A stretch of 64,000 nt of DNA from Azolla caroliniana (taxonomy: Eukaryota; Plantae; Polypodiophyta), in the NCBI GenBank assembly GCA_043228905.1, contig JBHGNT010000009.1:13268001-13332000 (forward strand), given 5' to 3'. Under the pieces are notes generated by a model. It was not told the origin of the DNA, ran no database searches, and saw only the letters and a program-made list of their open reading frames with translations. This document shows positions 1-10,565 of this stretch, piece after piece. Each line of letters begins with the position of its first letter. The stretch's first letter is position 1. The translations under genes were made by a program, and so were the position numbers.

Positions 1-2093
1 AATGGCTTGGACGAAAGCATCTGTCTTCGAGTCCTCACGTATGGTATCGATAATGTGGGAATCCAAGGGCATACCGAAAACCTGCGTTGCTTGCAGTCGT
101 GCCGGTCCCAGGATTACTTGCTTTTGGTTACCGAAAGTTGGCTCGCTAGGACGTAGTGCTAGATACGAGCGCCGTGATAATGCATCTGCCTTCCCCAAAT
201 GATATGTAATTTTGAAGTCGAAATGAGTGAGGAATTGGACCCACCGAGCTTGACGTCGATTTAACACACAAGCATTCTGAAAGTAGGCAAGGTTTTTGTG
301 ATCACTGAATATGGTGTCTTGATGAGAAGATCCCTCTAGGAAATGCCTCCATTGCATAAAAGAGTATACTATTGCCAATAGCTCCTTATCATGAATTTCA
401 TAGTTGATTTCGGTGGCGTCAAACTTGCGTGAGTGGAAAGCCACAAGATGTAGCTTTTCATCATCGCCTTGTTGTGACAAAATGCTATGCAAGGCGAAAT
501 CTGACGCGTCTACTTCGATGATGAATGGTTTTTCCGGAGCTAGAATAGAAGCTGATGTAAATGCCTTCTTAAGACTCTCAAAAGCCATGTCTGCTTCTTC
601 AGAGCAAACGAATGATTGTTCCTTCCTAGTAAGTTGTGTGAGAGGCAGAACAAGCTTTGAGTAATCCTGTATAAACTTGTGGTAGAAATTGGCAAAGCCT
701 AAAAAGCATTGCGCATCTCGCAATGAACGCGGAGTCTGCCACTCTACCACGGTTTTGACCTTAGCTGAATCCATGGAGATGCCTTCCGAGGAAATGACAT
801 AGCCCAGAAATTCTACCTGGTTGCACTCGAAACTACATTTTTCCAGCTTTGCATAAAGACCATGTTCTTGAAGTCGTTTTAGTACTAACAGTACATGAGA
901 ATCATCCTCTTCTTGGGTCTTCGAATAAACCAGTAGATCATCCAAATAGATGATCAAACAAACATCCAAGAGATCTCGGAATATATCATTTGCCATGTGC
1001 TAGAAGACTATTGGCACATTAATGAGGCCAAATGGCATGACCGTATACTCGAAATGCCCATATCTGGTGCAAAACGCGGTCTTCCATTCATCTCCTAGTC
1101 GGATCCGTACGAGGTTATATGCTCCTCGTAAGTCGATCTTTGTGAAGAACCTTGCACCATTGATCTGTTCTAAAAGACTTGAGATAAGGGGAACTGCATA
1201 ACTATTCCTCATGGTGACCTTATTCAAGCCACGATAATCTACGACGAGACGAAGTGATCCATCCTTTTTCTTGACGAAGAAAATGGGTGTGCCGTCCGGA
1301 GATTTCGAATGTCGAATGAAACCATTTGCAAATTCTCCTCGATATAGACTCAAAGGACTTCTAGCTCAGTTGGTGACAAATTGTAGATTGGTCCCCATGG
1401 TGGCTTTTTTCCTGGTTGTAAATCAATGGGGCAATCATACGGTCGATGGTGAGGAAGCATATTGGCCTGTACTTTATCGAAGACATCGGCATAATGACGA
1501 TACTTCTCTGGAAGTTGAAGACTCCTCTTTAGTGGTGTTGGAGGGTTTTACTGATACTGCAAAAAGAAACATTTCTTTCTTGCATCCTTCCTCACACAAT
1601 TGATGTAGCGAAATGGTTGCAATCTTATTAGTAGATCCTCGGGTTTGTCGATACCGGATTTCTCTTGTTCTCCAATCTATGTCTGGGTTATGTAATTCAA
1701 ACCATGGTAATCCCAAAAAAATGGGATGTTTTGGGATACTAATTATATTAAAGGATACTACACATGCTAAATTATCTAGGACAATATTAACGGGCTCTGA
1801 CTCTTCTATGATATTTCCAGAAGCAATGGGATGACCATCAATGACTACTACAGAGGCTGGACACGAGATTTTTCTTAGGGATATCTGATGAGCTTGGGAA
1901 AAATTCCTATCCATGAAGCAAGAATTAGCTCTGGAATCTAGGAGTGTTGAGACATGTACTGGAGAGGTACTTTTAGTACTAACTGTTACTTGGGCTAAGA
2001 ACACATTGCTAACGTTCTTAGAGGGAATGGAACCACTAATGGGTTGCACAGATCTACGGATGTCCAACCAAACGGCTCCTATTTTGGCTAGAC
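1..2093 (-). pseudogene. pol: Chromovirus A pol (protease-RT-RNase H), disrupted
   Basis: ORFs 1474..2067 (aspartic protease) and 1000..1353 (RT) plus RNase H residues near 200-560; broken by stops and frameshifts. Confidence 0.88.
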
Positions 2094-3242
2094 TTAGTCA
2101 TTTAACTCTTCTTCTAACTGACTAAGGACATCAAATTTGTTCGATAGATTTGGGCTATTAGTACTATTAGGACTATCAGATATTCCTACTGAAATAAACT
2201 CGGGTTTAGTACAATTAGAACTAGCAACTATTTGGTTTACCTGTCTTCTTGGCCTATGGGGACAGTTCACTGCAATATGCCCTGGTCCACCGCAATAAAG
2301 ACATAGTCGATTTGCTCGACGTCATTGGTTTTCTTCTTCCGATAATGGTCCACGACGACGTGTAGTGTCAATTTCCATCAGAGTTGGAGTATTCACTAGA
2401 GATGCATTATATGACTCCCTTGGAAAATATTTTGCTACCACTAAGGTGTAGGTGGGCTCTGATCTTTCCCTTGGCATTTGGAACTGATGTTCCGAACGTC
2501 ATTCGAAAGGATGGTTGTTGCATCTCACCGCACGACTGATTGCTTCTATCAATGACTTTGGTTCTTCGGGGAAGGTCAAGAGTAAATCCTTGCCATCGTT
2601 ATGTAGACCATAACGAAATTTCTCCATTAGTGCTTGGTCATCCCAGGGGATATCGGAGGCGAGTAGGTGGAAATCTGCAGCGTATGCGGAGGCTGGACAA
2701 TCACCTTGACGTAATCATCGGATTTTGTTGATTGTTGTCCTGCTATCAGTATCTCCAAAACAGGCTTTAAACTCACTTAAAAACTCTTCAAAATTGTTTA
2801 ATAAAGGAAATTCCTTTTCTAACAATGGAGAGAACCATGCCAAAGTTGAGCCACTTAACAACGTGCCTACTAAACGCACTCGTGATGCATCGGTGGGATA
2901 TCGAGAAGGATGCATTTGAGTGACTAATCGTGCCTGATTAAGAAATCCTCTAAACTGCGATCGTGTTCCATCGAATTTCATGGGAAGGCCGATCTTGGGT
3001 TCTTTATGAATCCCTTGCGTACTGGATCCTTGTTGTTGCATCATTACTATGGTTGCTTTGAGTTGTTGCACACGTAATGCTAGTTCCCCATGTTGTTGTT
3101 GCGTCTGCTGCTTCTCTAAGGAGATTTGTTGAAGCTCCCCCAACAGTCGTTGATTTTCTTGTTCCAATGCGAGAAACTTCTCTTTAAAGCATTGCAACTC
3201 CAAGAAAACGGATTGATGTTCTTGAGCGCTAACAGTGGCCAT
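2094..3242 (-). pseudogene. gag: Chromovirus A gag, disrupted
   Basis: ORF 2715..3242 ends at a CGA>TGA-type stop; Gag homology to element B continues through the CCHC knuckle to TAA at 2094-2096. Confidence 0.88.
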
Positions 3243-3336
3243 AGTATGAGAGAAAAGAGGAATAAGAGATTAGTATGAAGGGAGTGAGAAGTAAGAAGAT
3301 AAGGAAGAGAAGGAAGGAAACAAAATCGGCTCAAAC

Positions 3337-3472
3337 TGTCCGCAACACTACTAAGACAGAGAAGTACTGTCAGGAACAGTACTAAGACAGAGAAGGAATT
3401 AGTACTAAAAGATGAGGATTAGTGCTAAGGGAGATGTAGAACTCTTGAGAGAAGGAAAGAGTGAGTGAGTGA

Positions 3473-3527
<55 letters not shown>

Positions 3528-3826
3528 TGATGATAACAAAATATATATATTATGTTAAGAGAATATACAATAGTAGCTAGGAGGCTTAAGACTGGCGTTG
3601 AACCGATTTGGTTCGAAATAATGCCTTGTGCCTCCTTTTATAGTGTTCTCAGGACTACTCCTGAAGTTTCTAGAATATTCTAGAGAAATTTGGAATATAC
3701 AATAATTTTCTATAGTAAAACCTAAATGAAAATAATATTTTTCGTATTACAACATATAGTCTAATGGTCAAGATCTCGACCCATGTAACATAAGGTCATG
3801 GGATCGAGTCTTGTCATATCATGACA
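3337..3826 (-). repeat. LTR of element A (shared with an upstream tandem copy)
   Basis: Minus-strand TGTCA...GACA termini, TATAAAA at 3642-3636, (GA)n/(GT)n in U5. A 31-bp duplication of the U5 end (3337-3364 / 3368-3395) makes 3368 an alternative boundary. Confidence 0.8.
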
Positions 3827-4091
3827 CTATCCCCCCTTTAACTCGACAAGTGTCACGAATCGTTTTGGATTGAGGATCCGGTTTGTCTGGATATTGACGA
3901 TGGAAGTACTCAAGAAGAGAACGAGCATTGGTCACATTCTCTATTGGTTCCCAAGTACGCTCGCTGGGACTATATCCTAGTAAAACTTAAATGAAAATAA
4001 TATCCTTCGTATTACAACATATAGTCTAATGGTCAAGAGCTCGACCCATGTAACATAAGGTCATGGGTTCGAGTCTTGCCATATCATGATA
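3827..4091 (-). mobile_element. Internally deleted upstream tandem copy of element A: 5' LTR stub + chromodomain tail + PPT
   Basis: 3978-4091 repeats the first ~114 bp of the LTR. 3980 to 3819 encodes LGYSPSERTWEPIENVTNARSLLEYFHRQYPDKP...GGIVS*. PPT AAAGGGGGGATAG at 3839-3827. Confidence 0.85.
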
Positions 4092-4187
4092 AGCGCTAGA
4101 GGAGTCGCAAGCCCGCTCCCATGGATACAGAAGGACCAGATCCGCATACTTCTCCAAACAAAGCAGGAACACTTTACAGTGCAGCTG

Positions 4188-4363
4188 CAAGTAGCCTTGG
4201 ACAAGGGATGGACCTGATGGGCAAAACAAGCGGCCGAAATCCACACCTACCGAGCAGACTGGCTAAAATTGGGGCCAAGTAGCCTTGGACAAGGGATGGA
4301 CCTGATGGGCAAAACAAGCAGCCGAACTCCACACATATCGAGCGGATTGGGAAAATCGGGGCA
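4188..4363. repeat. Two-copy 88-bp tandem repeat in an unclassified LTR-like segment
   Basis: CAAGTAGCCTTGGACAAGGGATGGACCTGATGGGCAAAACAAGC starts at both 4188 and 4276. Confidence 0.85.
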
Positions 4364-5019
4364 AAGAAGGTAAAGGCTTCTATAAGCTAAATGAAGAGAG
4401 CATTGCCGCGGTACAAGAGGACCTAACGCAGGACTATCACGTTGTCGTGTTGTTATGCTCACGCATATGAAATAAGGCGGGACCGCGGGGGCCCTGAACC
4501 GAGGAGCGAGAGAGAGAGAGAAGGAAGAGAGATTCGCAAAAACACAGAGAGGCCGAAACGAAAGAGTCAATTCCAATAACAGTACAGATTACAAAACTTG
4601 CAATGTTGCAACCGGCTTGCCCAAGCCGGTGACAGACTCTACACAGACAAACACACGCACTGAAACACGCGTTGGAGCCCCTACCGGAAGCACGTGGGCT
4701 TTCGCGTAGCAGAGGCAACCAACCTAACCCAAAATCCCTACAAAAACAACAACGATGGAGGAAAGAGCTCGGCTCCCAGTCCGACAACACTTCGTCCTCA
4801 TCCAAAAACGCGCGATCCCCCCTCAGGCCCTTTCTCCTCTCCTTTTATAGCACAAGGAGAGAGAGCCGTTTACAAACTGTTAAATCCCTGTTATTCTCTG
4901 TCCTTTCAGATAGAGATCCTCTTCGATTCCGTACTTAATGAATTAGTGCTACCTAGGATAATTACATCGCCGGCCTGTACTTAACTATGTATGTAAATAT
5001 ATCAAAACATGTGCCCGTG

Positions 5020-6188
5020 TGTAAGGGCCGGTTCACGCACACCATCTGCCAATTCCTCCTAGGGACGGTTTTCTCCACAACAACGCATTAGCCGACCGAC
5101 ACGCAAAGGAGATAGCACAACTGCTGGAAGATTTTGGCGAAAGTCAGGAAGATATCTTCCACCAGCTGTGCAGGATCGGAAGTGAGCATCAAAGGGCGGA
5201 GGAATTGAAGAGGGGGGGGGGGGGGGGCTATTACTGTCTAGGACAGCGACTCCGCGGAGCAAAACAAGTCTCCACCTGATCCTAATGACGCAATGTCGAA
5301 GGCCCCCACGCAAAAAACAGGCCTGGAAGAATCACACCCAGATGTTTGTCCATGCCCAGCAACAGAGCCACCAAGAAACGACGTTTCCTCGCCCACCACG
5401 GAAACGCCGCGAGAAGAGGACCAGGTCCCCATGCAAGAAATAGGCCCGGAGAGTCATGCCCAGATTCCGCAGAGCAGGACGAGACCCCTACCGAACAGGC
5501 AGGCATTCCGGAGATGACTACGACGACCGTACCCAACGACACAGTCCCAGCCACGACTGTTACTTCGGAGGAAGGAGTACAAGAAGAAATACGGTCGGAT
5601 CCACCCACGGAGAGACTACAAGCGGAAGCGCCGGTTGAGCCACAAAGTGACAGGGCCAACCACGTTACGACGCCACCAGTCACGACAAGTAATGACGGGC
5701 GCCCGGAGCCAAATATCCTTGATATTTTGGTACACGAGTAAAGGGAGGAAGGGTCTGACGTGCCAAGGCACTATCCCACAGGCTTGGCAGGTGTTGTCTG
5801 CCATAAGAGGACAAACGTAAATAATGCATAATAAAGAAGCGTATTAATTATAATAGAAGCGTTGAAGTAATGCGTGTAACGGTTCATGCGGGAAGCGTAA
5901 CCAACTAGGCCCTATGTATATAAAGGGCATATTAACATTGTAAAGGGTTAGCGCACTTTGGTGCACAGTCTTTTAATATAGTTTCTGTCTTCTTTGATTC
6001 CTGTCTCTTGTCTCTTGTCTTTTATCCCTGTCCGTGATTGTGTACGAGTAAGCGTAAGGTGAAGTACGTGTGCATATTTATGCACAGTAGGAGCTCGGTT
6101 GTAGTCATCTCCCATTACGCCGTTTTTATACGCTCTACCACATAAGTCCCTACATCCTACACGCTACGCCAACCTCCTCTCCCTTGCA
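5020..6188 (+). mobile_element. Putative solo LTR
   Basis: TGTAAGGG...CCCTTGCA inverted termini, TATATAAAG near 5917 followed by a pyrimidine-rich tail. Flanks CCGTG/ACATG match only 3/5, so the TSD is weak. Confidence 0.4.
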
Positions 6189-7201
6189 ACATGATCACCT
6201 TGATACCTACCTCGAAGGACTGAGGGTAGGTCGTGTTCTTAACCGGCAACAGTAGGGGGGGTCTAAAGAAAATTATAGATGAGGCCGATGCGAGCCACGT
6301 CGAAGTTATACACTATGTTGCATTCGCCGGTATAAGAATCGTTAAGGAGAAGCTTGGAATGATTAAGCCGGGAACGGGGTTTTGGCCGACCATCCTCGAA
6401 TACGAAAAAAAAGGGAAGATTAATTCGGATGATGCAAAGCTAGCCAACCTTTATGTACGAAACCTTACCGGGTGGGCGGATCTGGTTGATAACAACACGA
6501 TCTTTGCAGAGGTCATATGCGAAACCCACGAAGTGTTTATGGATGAGAAGCGGAAGAGGATGGATCTAGATGAAGGCCCTTCTAAGAAACATGACACAAG
6601 AAGCTTTAAGAAGAAGGAAGAGATGATGAAGACCACACGTCAAGAAGATGGAAGCTCAAACAAGAGAGCCGAGGAACCGACTTGACCCATTGAAGAGAAT
6701 GCCAAGAAGGGGAATGATAGATCAACGCCAACATACAAATTAAGGTCGGATATTGAACAAACAACTAACTTAAGAAAGGTTCTTGAAGAAGGAGTGCTCG
6801 ATAGCCGTATTGACCTTACATTGAGAGAACTACTTGGAATTGCAAAGAAGGAGTTCCATGAGACCATCATCGATCTTATCAAATGTAAAATGCAACAAGT
6901 GGATGAGGAAGAGGGAATTTCGACAAAGGTGACAACCAATGCCATAACTATGGCAAGAACGGAAGAGAAAGAAGAAGATCTAGTGGACAATCATTATACA
7001 CGACCCCATTGGGCGAGAGCGACAACGGAAACTCCGGTGAAGATTGGAGAGAAGAAAGAGACGGTTGTGGCCTTTAGGATCGGAGATTAACCTCATGTCG
7101 ACAGATTTCTACAAGAAGGGAAGATGGCCTATCAACACGAACCATGGATGGAAGATTCGTGCGGCGACGAAGGCAACGGAAGATCTTTATGGAGCATGTC
7201 C

Positions 7202-7653
7202 TGTTGAGAATCAAGCTCAACATAGCACAACATGCAAACACACCTTTTGAGAATCTATGATTACTCAAAGGCCAAGAGTCACACCACTACTCTCTACACA
7301 TTAACTATGTGTCATAGATTCATACTCTATGACACATAACTAATGAGTTACATATTCCCCATGACTATGAGTCTTCACATTCCCCAAGAGAGAGAGTGGT
7401 TGTTGTAAAGTTAATGAAGAGAGAGGGTGACTCTATATAAAGCACCCTCTTCATACTTCATACTAAGTCAGTTGTGAATCCTTGTTATGCTACATTTTGT
7501 AATTCTTATTCTACTTGTGAAATATACACCTTCTTCTTGAGTATTCCTTTTTCTATCTATCTTGTGTTCTCTCATCTCTCCTCTAATTCCTCTCACACAT
7601 ACACATTGCACACATCTCTTCCGCTACACAAGAATCACCAGCGATTCTTTACA
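7202..7653 (+). repeat. 5' LTR of Copia D
   Basis: Direct repeat of 17373-17824 (about 16 substitutions by eye); TATATAAA near 7434. Confidence 0.95.
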
Positions 7654-7820
7654 TGGTATAAGAGCGATTTGGTAGCTCAATCTAGCCCACTCGCCTTATC
7701 GTGATCGTGTGTTGTGCTCTACGCCAACGTTCAAGAAGAACCGGCTCATCGCTATCATAATACTACTACATAGCTCGTGTTCAAGAGAGAAGGAAAAGAA
7801 GAAAGGAATCTTAATCAACA

Positions 7821-10560
7821 ATGAATACTCAAATGGGGAGCGCTCTCCCTAGCGAGAAGTTGGATCGCAAAAACTTTGCATCTTGGGAGTACAAGATGCA
7901 TCAATACCTTGTCGGCCAAGGCTATTGGAGTTACATCAAAGGAGCACAAGAAAACCAACCAAACCTGAAAGACGTTGACTATGCAACTTGGGAGCAAGCG
8001 GCAAGCCGATTGATGTATTGCTTGCCGACATGTGTTCACGACCAAATGCTCCGCTACATTCGAGAAGCCGAGACGCCGAAGGAAGCGTGGGAGAATCTAC
8101 GAAAGATTTTTGCCGCCAACACTACCGCGAGAAAGCTTCAACTCCGCCAAGAGTTGAACAACATCCAACAAAGGGATATGTCCATCACAAGTTACACCTT
8201 GAAGATCAAGGAGCTTTGCGACTCGCTTGGCTCGATAAGCGTCAATGTGGACGATGATGAGATGGTGCAAATATGCCTCGGTGGCCTTGCACCACGATTC
8301 GGCGCGATGCGAACTGCCATACTAGCAAAGAGAATCCACCCTCCTTCTTCGATCTTCAATCTATGTTGTTGGTCGAAGAAAACCATGTTCGAACAAGGAG
8401 CAACGCCTTGGAAGGCCACATTCTCTACACGCATTCGGATGGAGGAAGAGGACGCGGCCGTGCAAGAAGAGGCCGATTCGGCCAAGGACGAGGCAGACGA
8501 GCCCCGACTTACAAAAACAACTCGCAATTTCGGCATCAAGATGGAAGCCATCGAGGAACCTTTGAAAGAAGGGGGAGCCACCATTCCGGTCCAAGTCGAC
8601 AAAACTCGGTCGACTGCGGATATTGCGGAAAAATCAGTCACCACGAAGAAGAATGTCGTAAGAAGATACGCAAGTCAGCTTCCACTAGCCAACAACTCAC
8701 CTACTACGCCATCAACTCCGACTATGATGATTGTGGCGGAATGTTCGTGATGAGACATAGATTGAATTCTATGTTGGCCTCTACTTCTACTAGTGCCCCC
8801 GGTCCGGAAGACGTATGGTTCGTCGATTCCGGTGCCTCGAACCATATGACATCACATCAAGAACGGTTCCGCGAACTTCGAGAGCCGGAACTACCCGGCT
8901 ATGTCGAAACCGGAGACGACACTATGCATCCAATTCGGCACATCGGCAATATTCCGTTCGGAGAAGAAGGTAAGCAAACTTACATTAAAAATGTCTTGCA
9001 TGTACCAATTATCATGAAGAATTTGATCTCCATTGGCCAAATTGTAGAGCAAGGAATGCAAGTACGATTTAATCAAGGTGATTGCTTCATCGAAAAAGAG
9101 GGCCGACTCATCGCTCGTGGACGAAGAGAGGGCCGAATGTTCATTCTTGACTCACACGAGATGAAATCGGCCATGTTTGCAAAGGGCATGAAAGCCGATT
9201 CCGACATAGAGTTATGGCACAAGCGGATTGGCCATATCAACCTCCAAAAGCTCAAGGCAATGCAATTGAAAGGAGTCGTCATCGGGCTCCCAACATTCAA
9301 CGAGAAAGAGATTGAAGGCGTGTGTGCCACTTGCCAATTTGGCAAGCAACATCAACACCCATTTCCGAAGGAGTCGTCAAAAGCTCAAGGCAATGCAATC
9401 GAAAGGAGTCGTCATCGGGCTCCCGACATTCAACGAGAAAGAGATTGAAGGCATGTGTGCCACTTGCCAATTTGGCAAGCAACATCAGCACCCATTTCCG
9501 AAGGAGCGGAACGTGAGCAAAGGCATACTCGACGTAATTCATTCTGATGTATGGGGTCTGGCTCAGACAACGACATTCGGCGGATGCCGATACGACATGA
9601 CCTTTATCGACGAATTCTCTAGGCAAACTTGGATCTATCCGATGCGGCAAAAGAGCGAAGTGTTCAGACATTTCCAAAAATTCAAGAGTGGACTCGAAAA
9701 AGCTACGAGGCGACATGTACGGTGCCTTCGGTCGGATGGAGGCAAGGAGTACGTCTCCGATGAATTTTTGGCGTTTCTACGGAAAGAAGGAATACGGCAA
9801 GAGTTTTCGTGTCGACATACGCCACGACAAAACGGAGTGGCCGAACGAAAGAATCTGCACATACTCAAAGTAGCACGGCCCATGATGAACGAAAAGCACG
9901 TGCCGAACTCGTACTGGGCAGAAGCGGCTAACACAGTCGTATACCTGATGAATCGGTGTACGACATCCAGCGTGCATGACTTCACGCCGCACGAGAAGTT
10001 TTTCAGAAAGAAGCCGGACCTAGCGCATGTTCGGATATTCAGCTCCATTGCGTATGTGCACATCCCCGACGAAAAGCGACAAAAGCTCGACCCGAAGTCG
10101 GAGAAATGTATCCTCATCGGATACTCACTGGAGCAAAAGGGGTACAAGTGCTACAACCCTTCGACTCGAAAATTTCACGTAAGTTGAGACGTCGTTTTTG
10201 ACGAGTCCCCATCCTGGTACGCACCAGAGACAACTTCGACTCTGATTCCGCTCGACCCGGAATCTGCCGAACAAGAGATAGAAGATGAAGATAGACTTAT
10301 GCACATGTTCGAAGAAAGTCCGATCACGACCCGGCTGAGCGGACCACAAGAGCCTCCGAGCGATCAAAGCACATCTCGATCGAGTTCGAAGCTAGATAAA
10401 GGGAAGGCCAAAATGTTGGACTATGAAGACGATCATTTCGACGGCATTGAATCGACTCACTCCCTCGATAGTGAGTTCGAAGGCCTTGACATCCGAACAA
10501 ATGGAGTGAAGAAAGCCTTAGAATCCGAAAACGAGAAGCTCTGTTGATCCACCCGTGAAA
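7821..10560 (+). pseudogene. Copia D gag-protease-integrase, frameshifted
   Basis: ORFs 7821..8750, 8273..9448 (CGYCGKISH, WFVDSGASNHMT, LWHKRIGH) and 9312..10187 (HSDVWG, LRSDGGKEY, QNGVAER). Confidence 0.92.
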
Positions 10561-10565
10561 AGAAC

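Larger units (their letters stand above)
1..3826 (-). mobile_element. Ty3/Gypsy chromovirus-type LTR retrotransposon A (degenerate; 3' part runs off the window)
   Basis: Minus-strand order LTR (3337-3826), gag (EPKIGLPMKFDGTRSQFRGFLNQ; zinc knuckle CLYCGGPGHIAVNC), protease (TLLDSRANSCFM), RT ([35 protein letters not shown]), RNase H. Closely similar to element B at 47510-52649. Confidence 0.93.

Noticed and set aside
2715-2717. Programmed stop read-through in gag, since A and B stop at nearly the same place
   Set aside because: The stops hit adjacent but different codons (INKIR* versus INKI*R), consistent with independent CGA>TGA deamination.
4015-4090. Functional tRNA gene
   Set aside because: A/B boxes are present but acceptor, anticodon and T stems do not pair; reported only as a tRNA-derived LTR module.
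5282-5741. 131-133-aa ORFs on both strands as a captured gene
   Set aside because: Low-complexity, no recognisable domain, and located in a GC-rich LTR-like segment.
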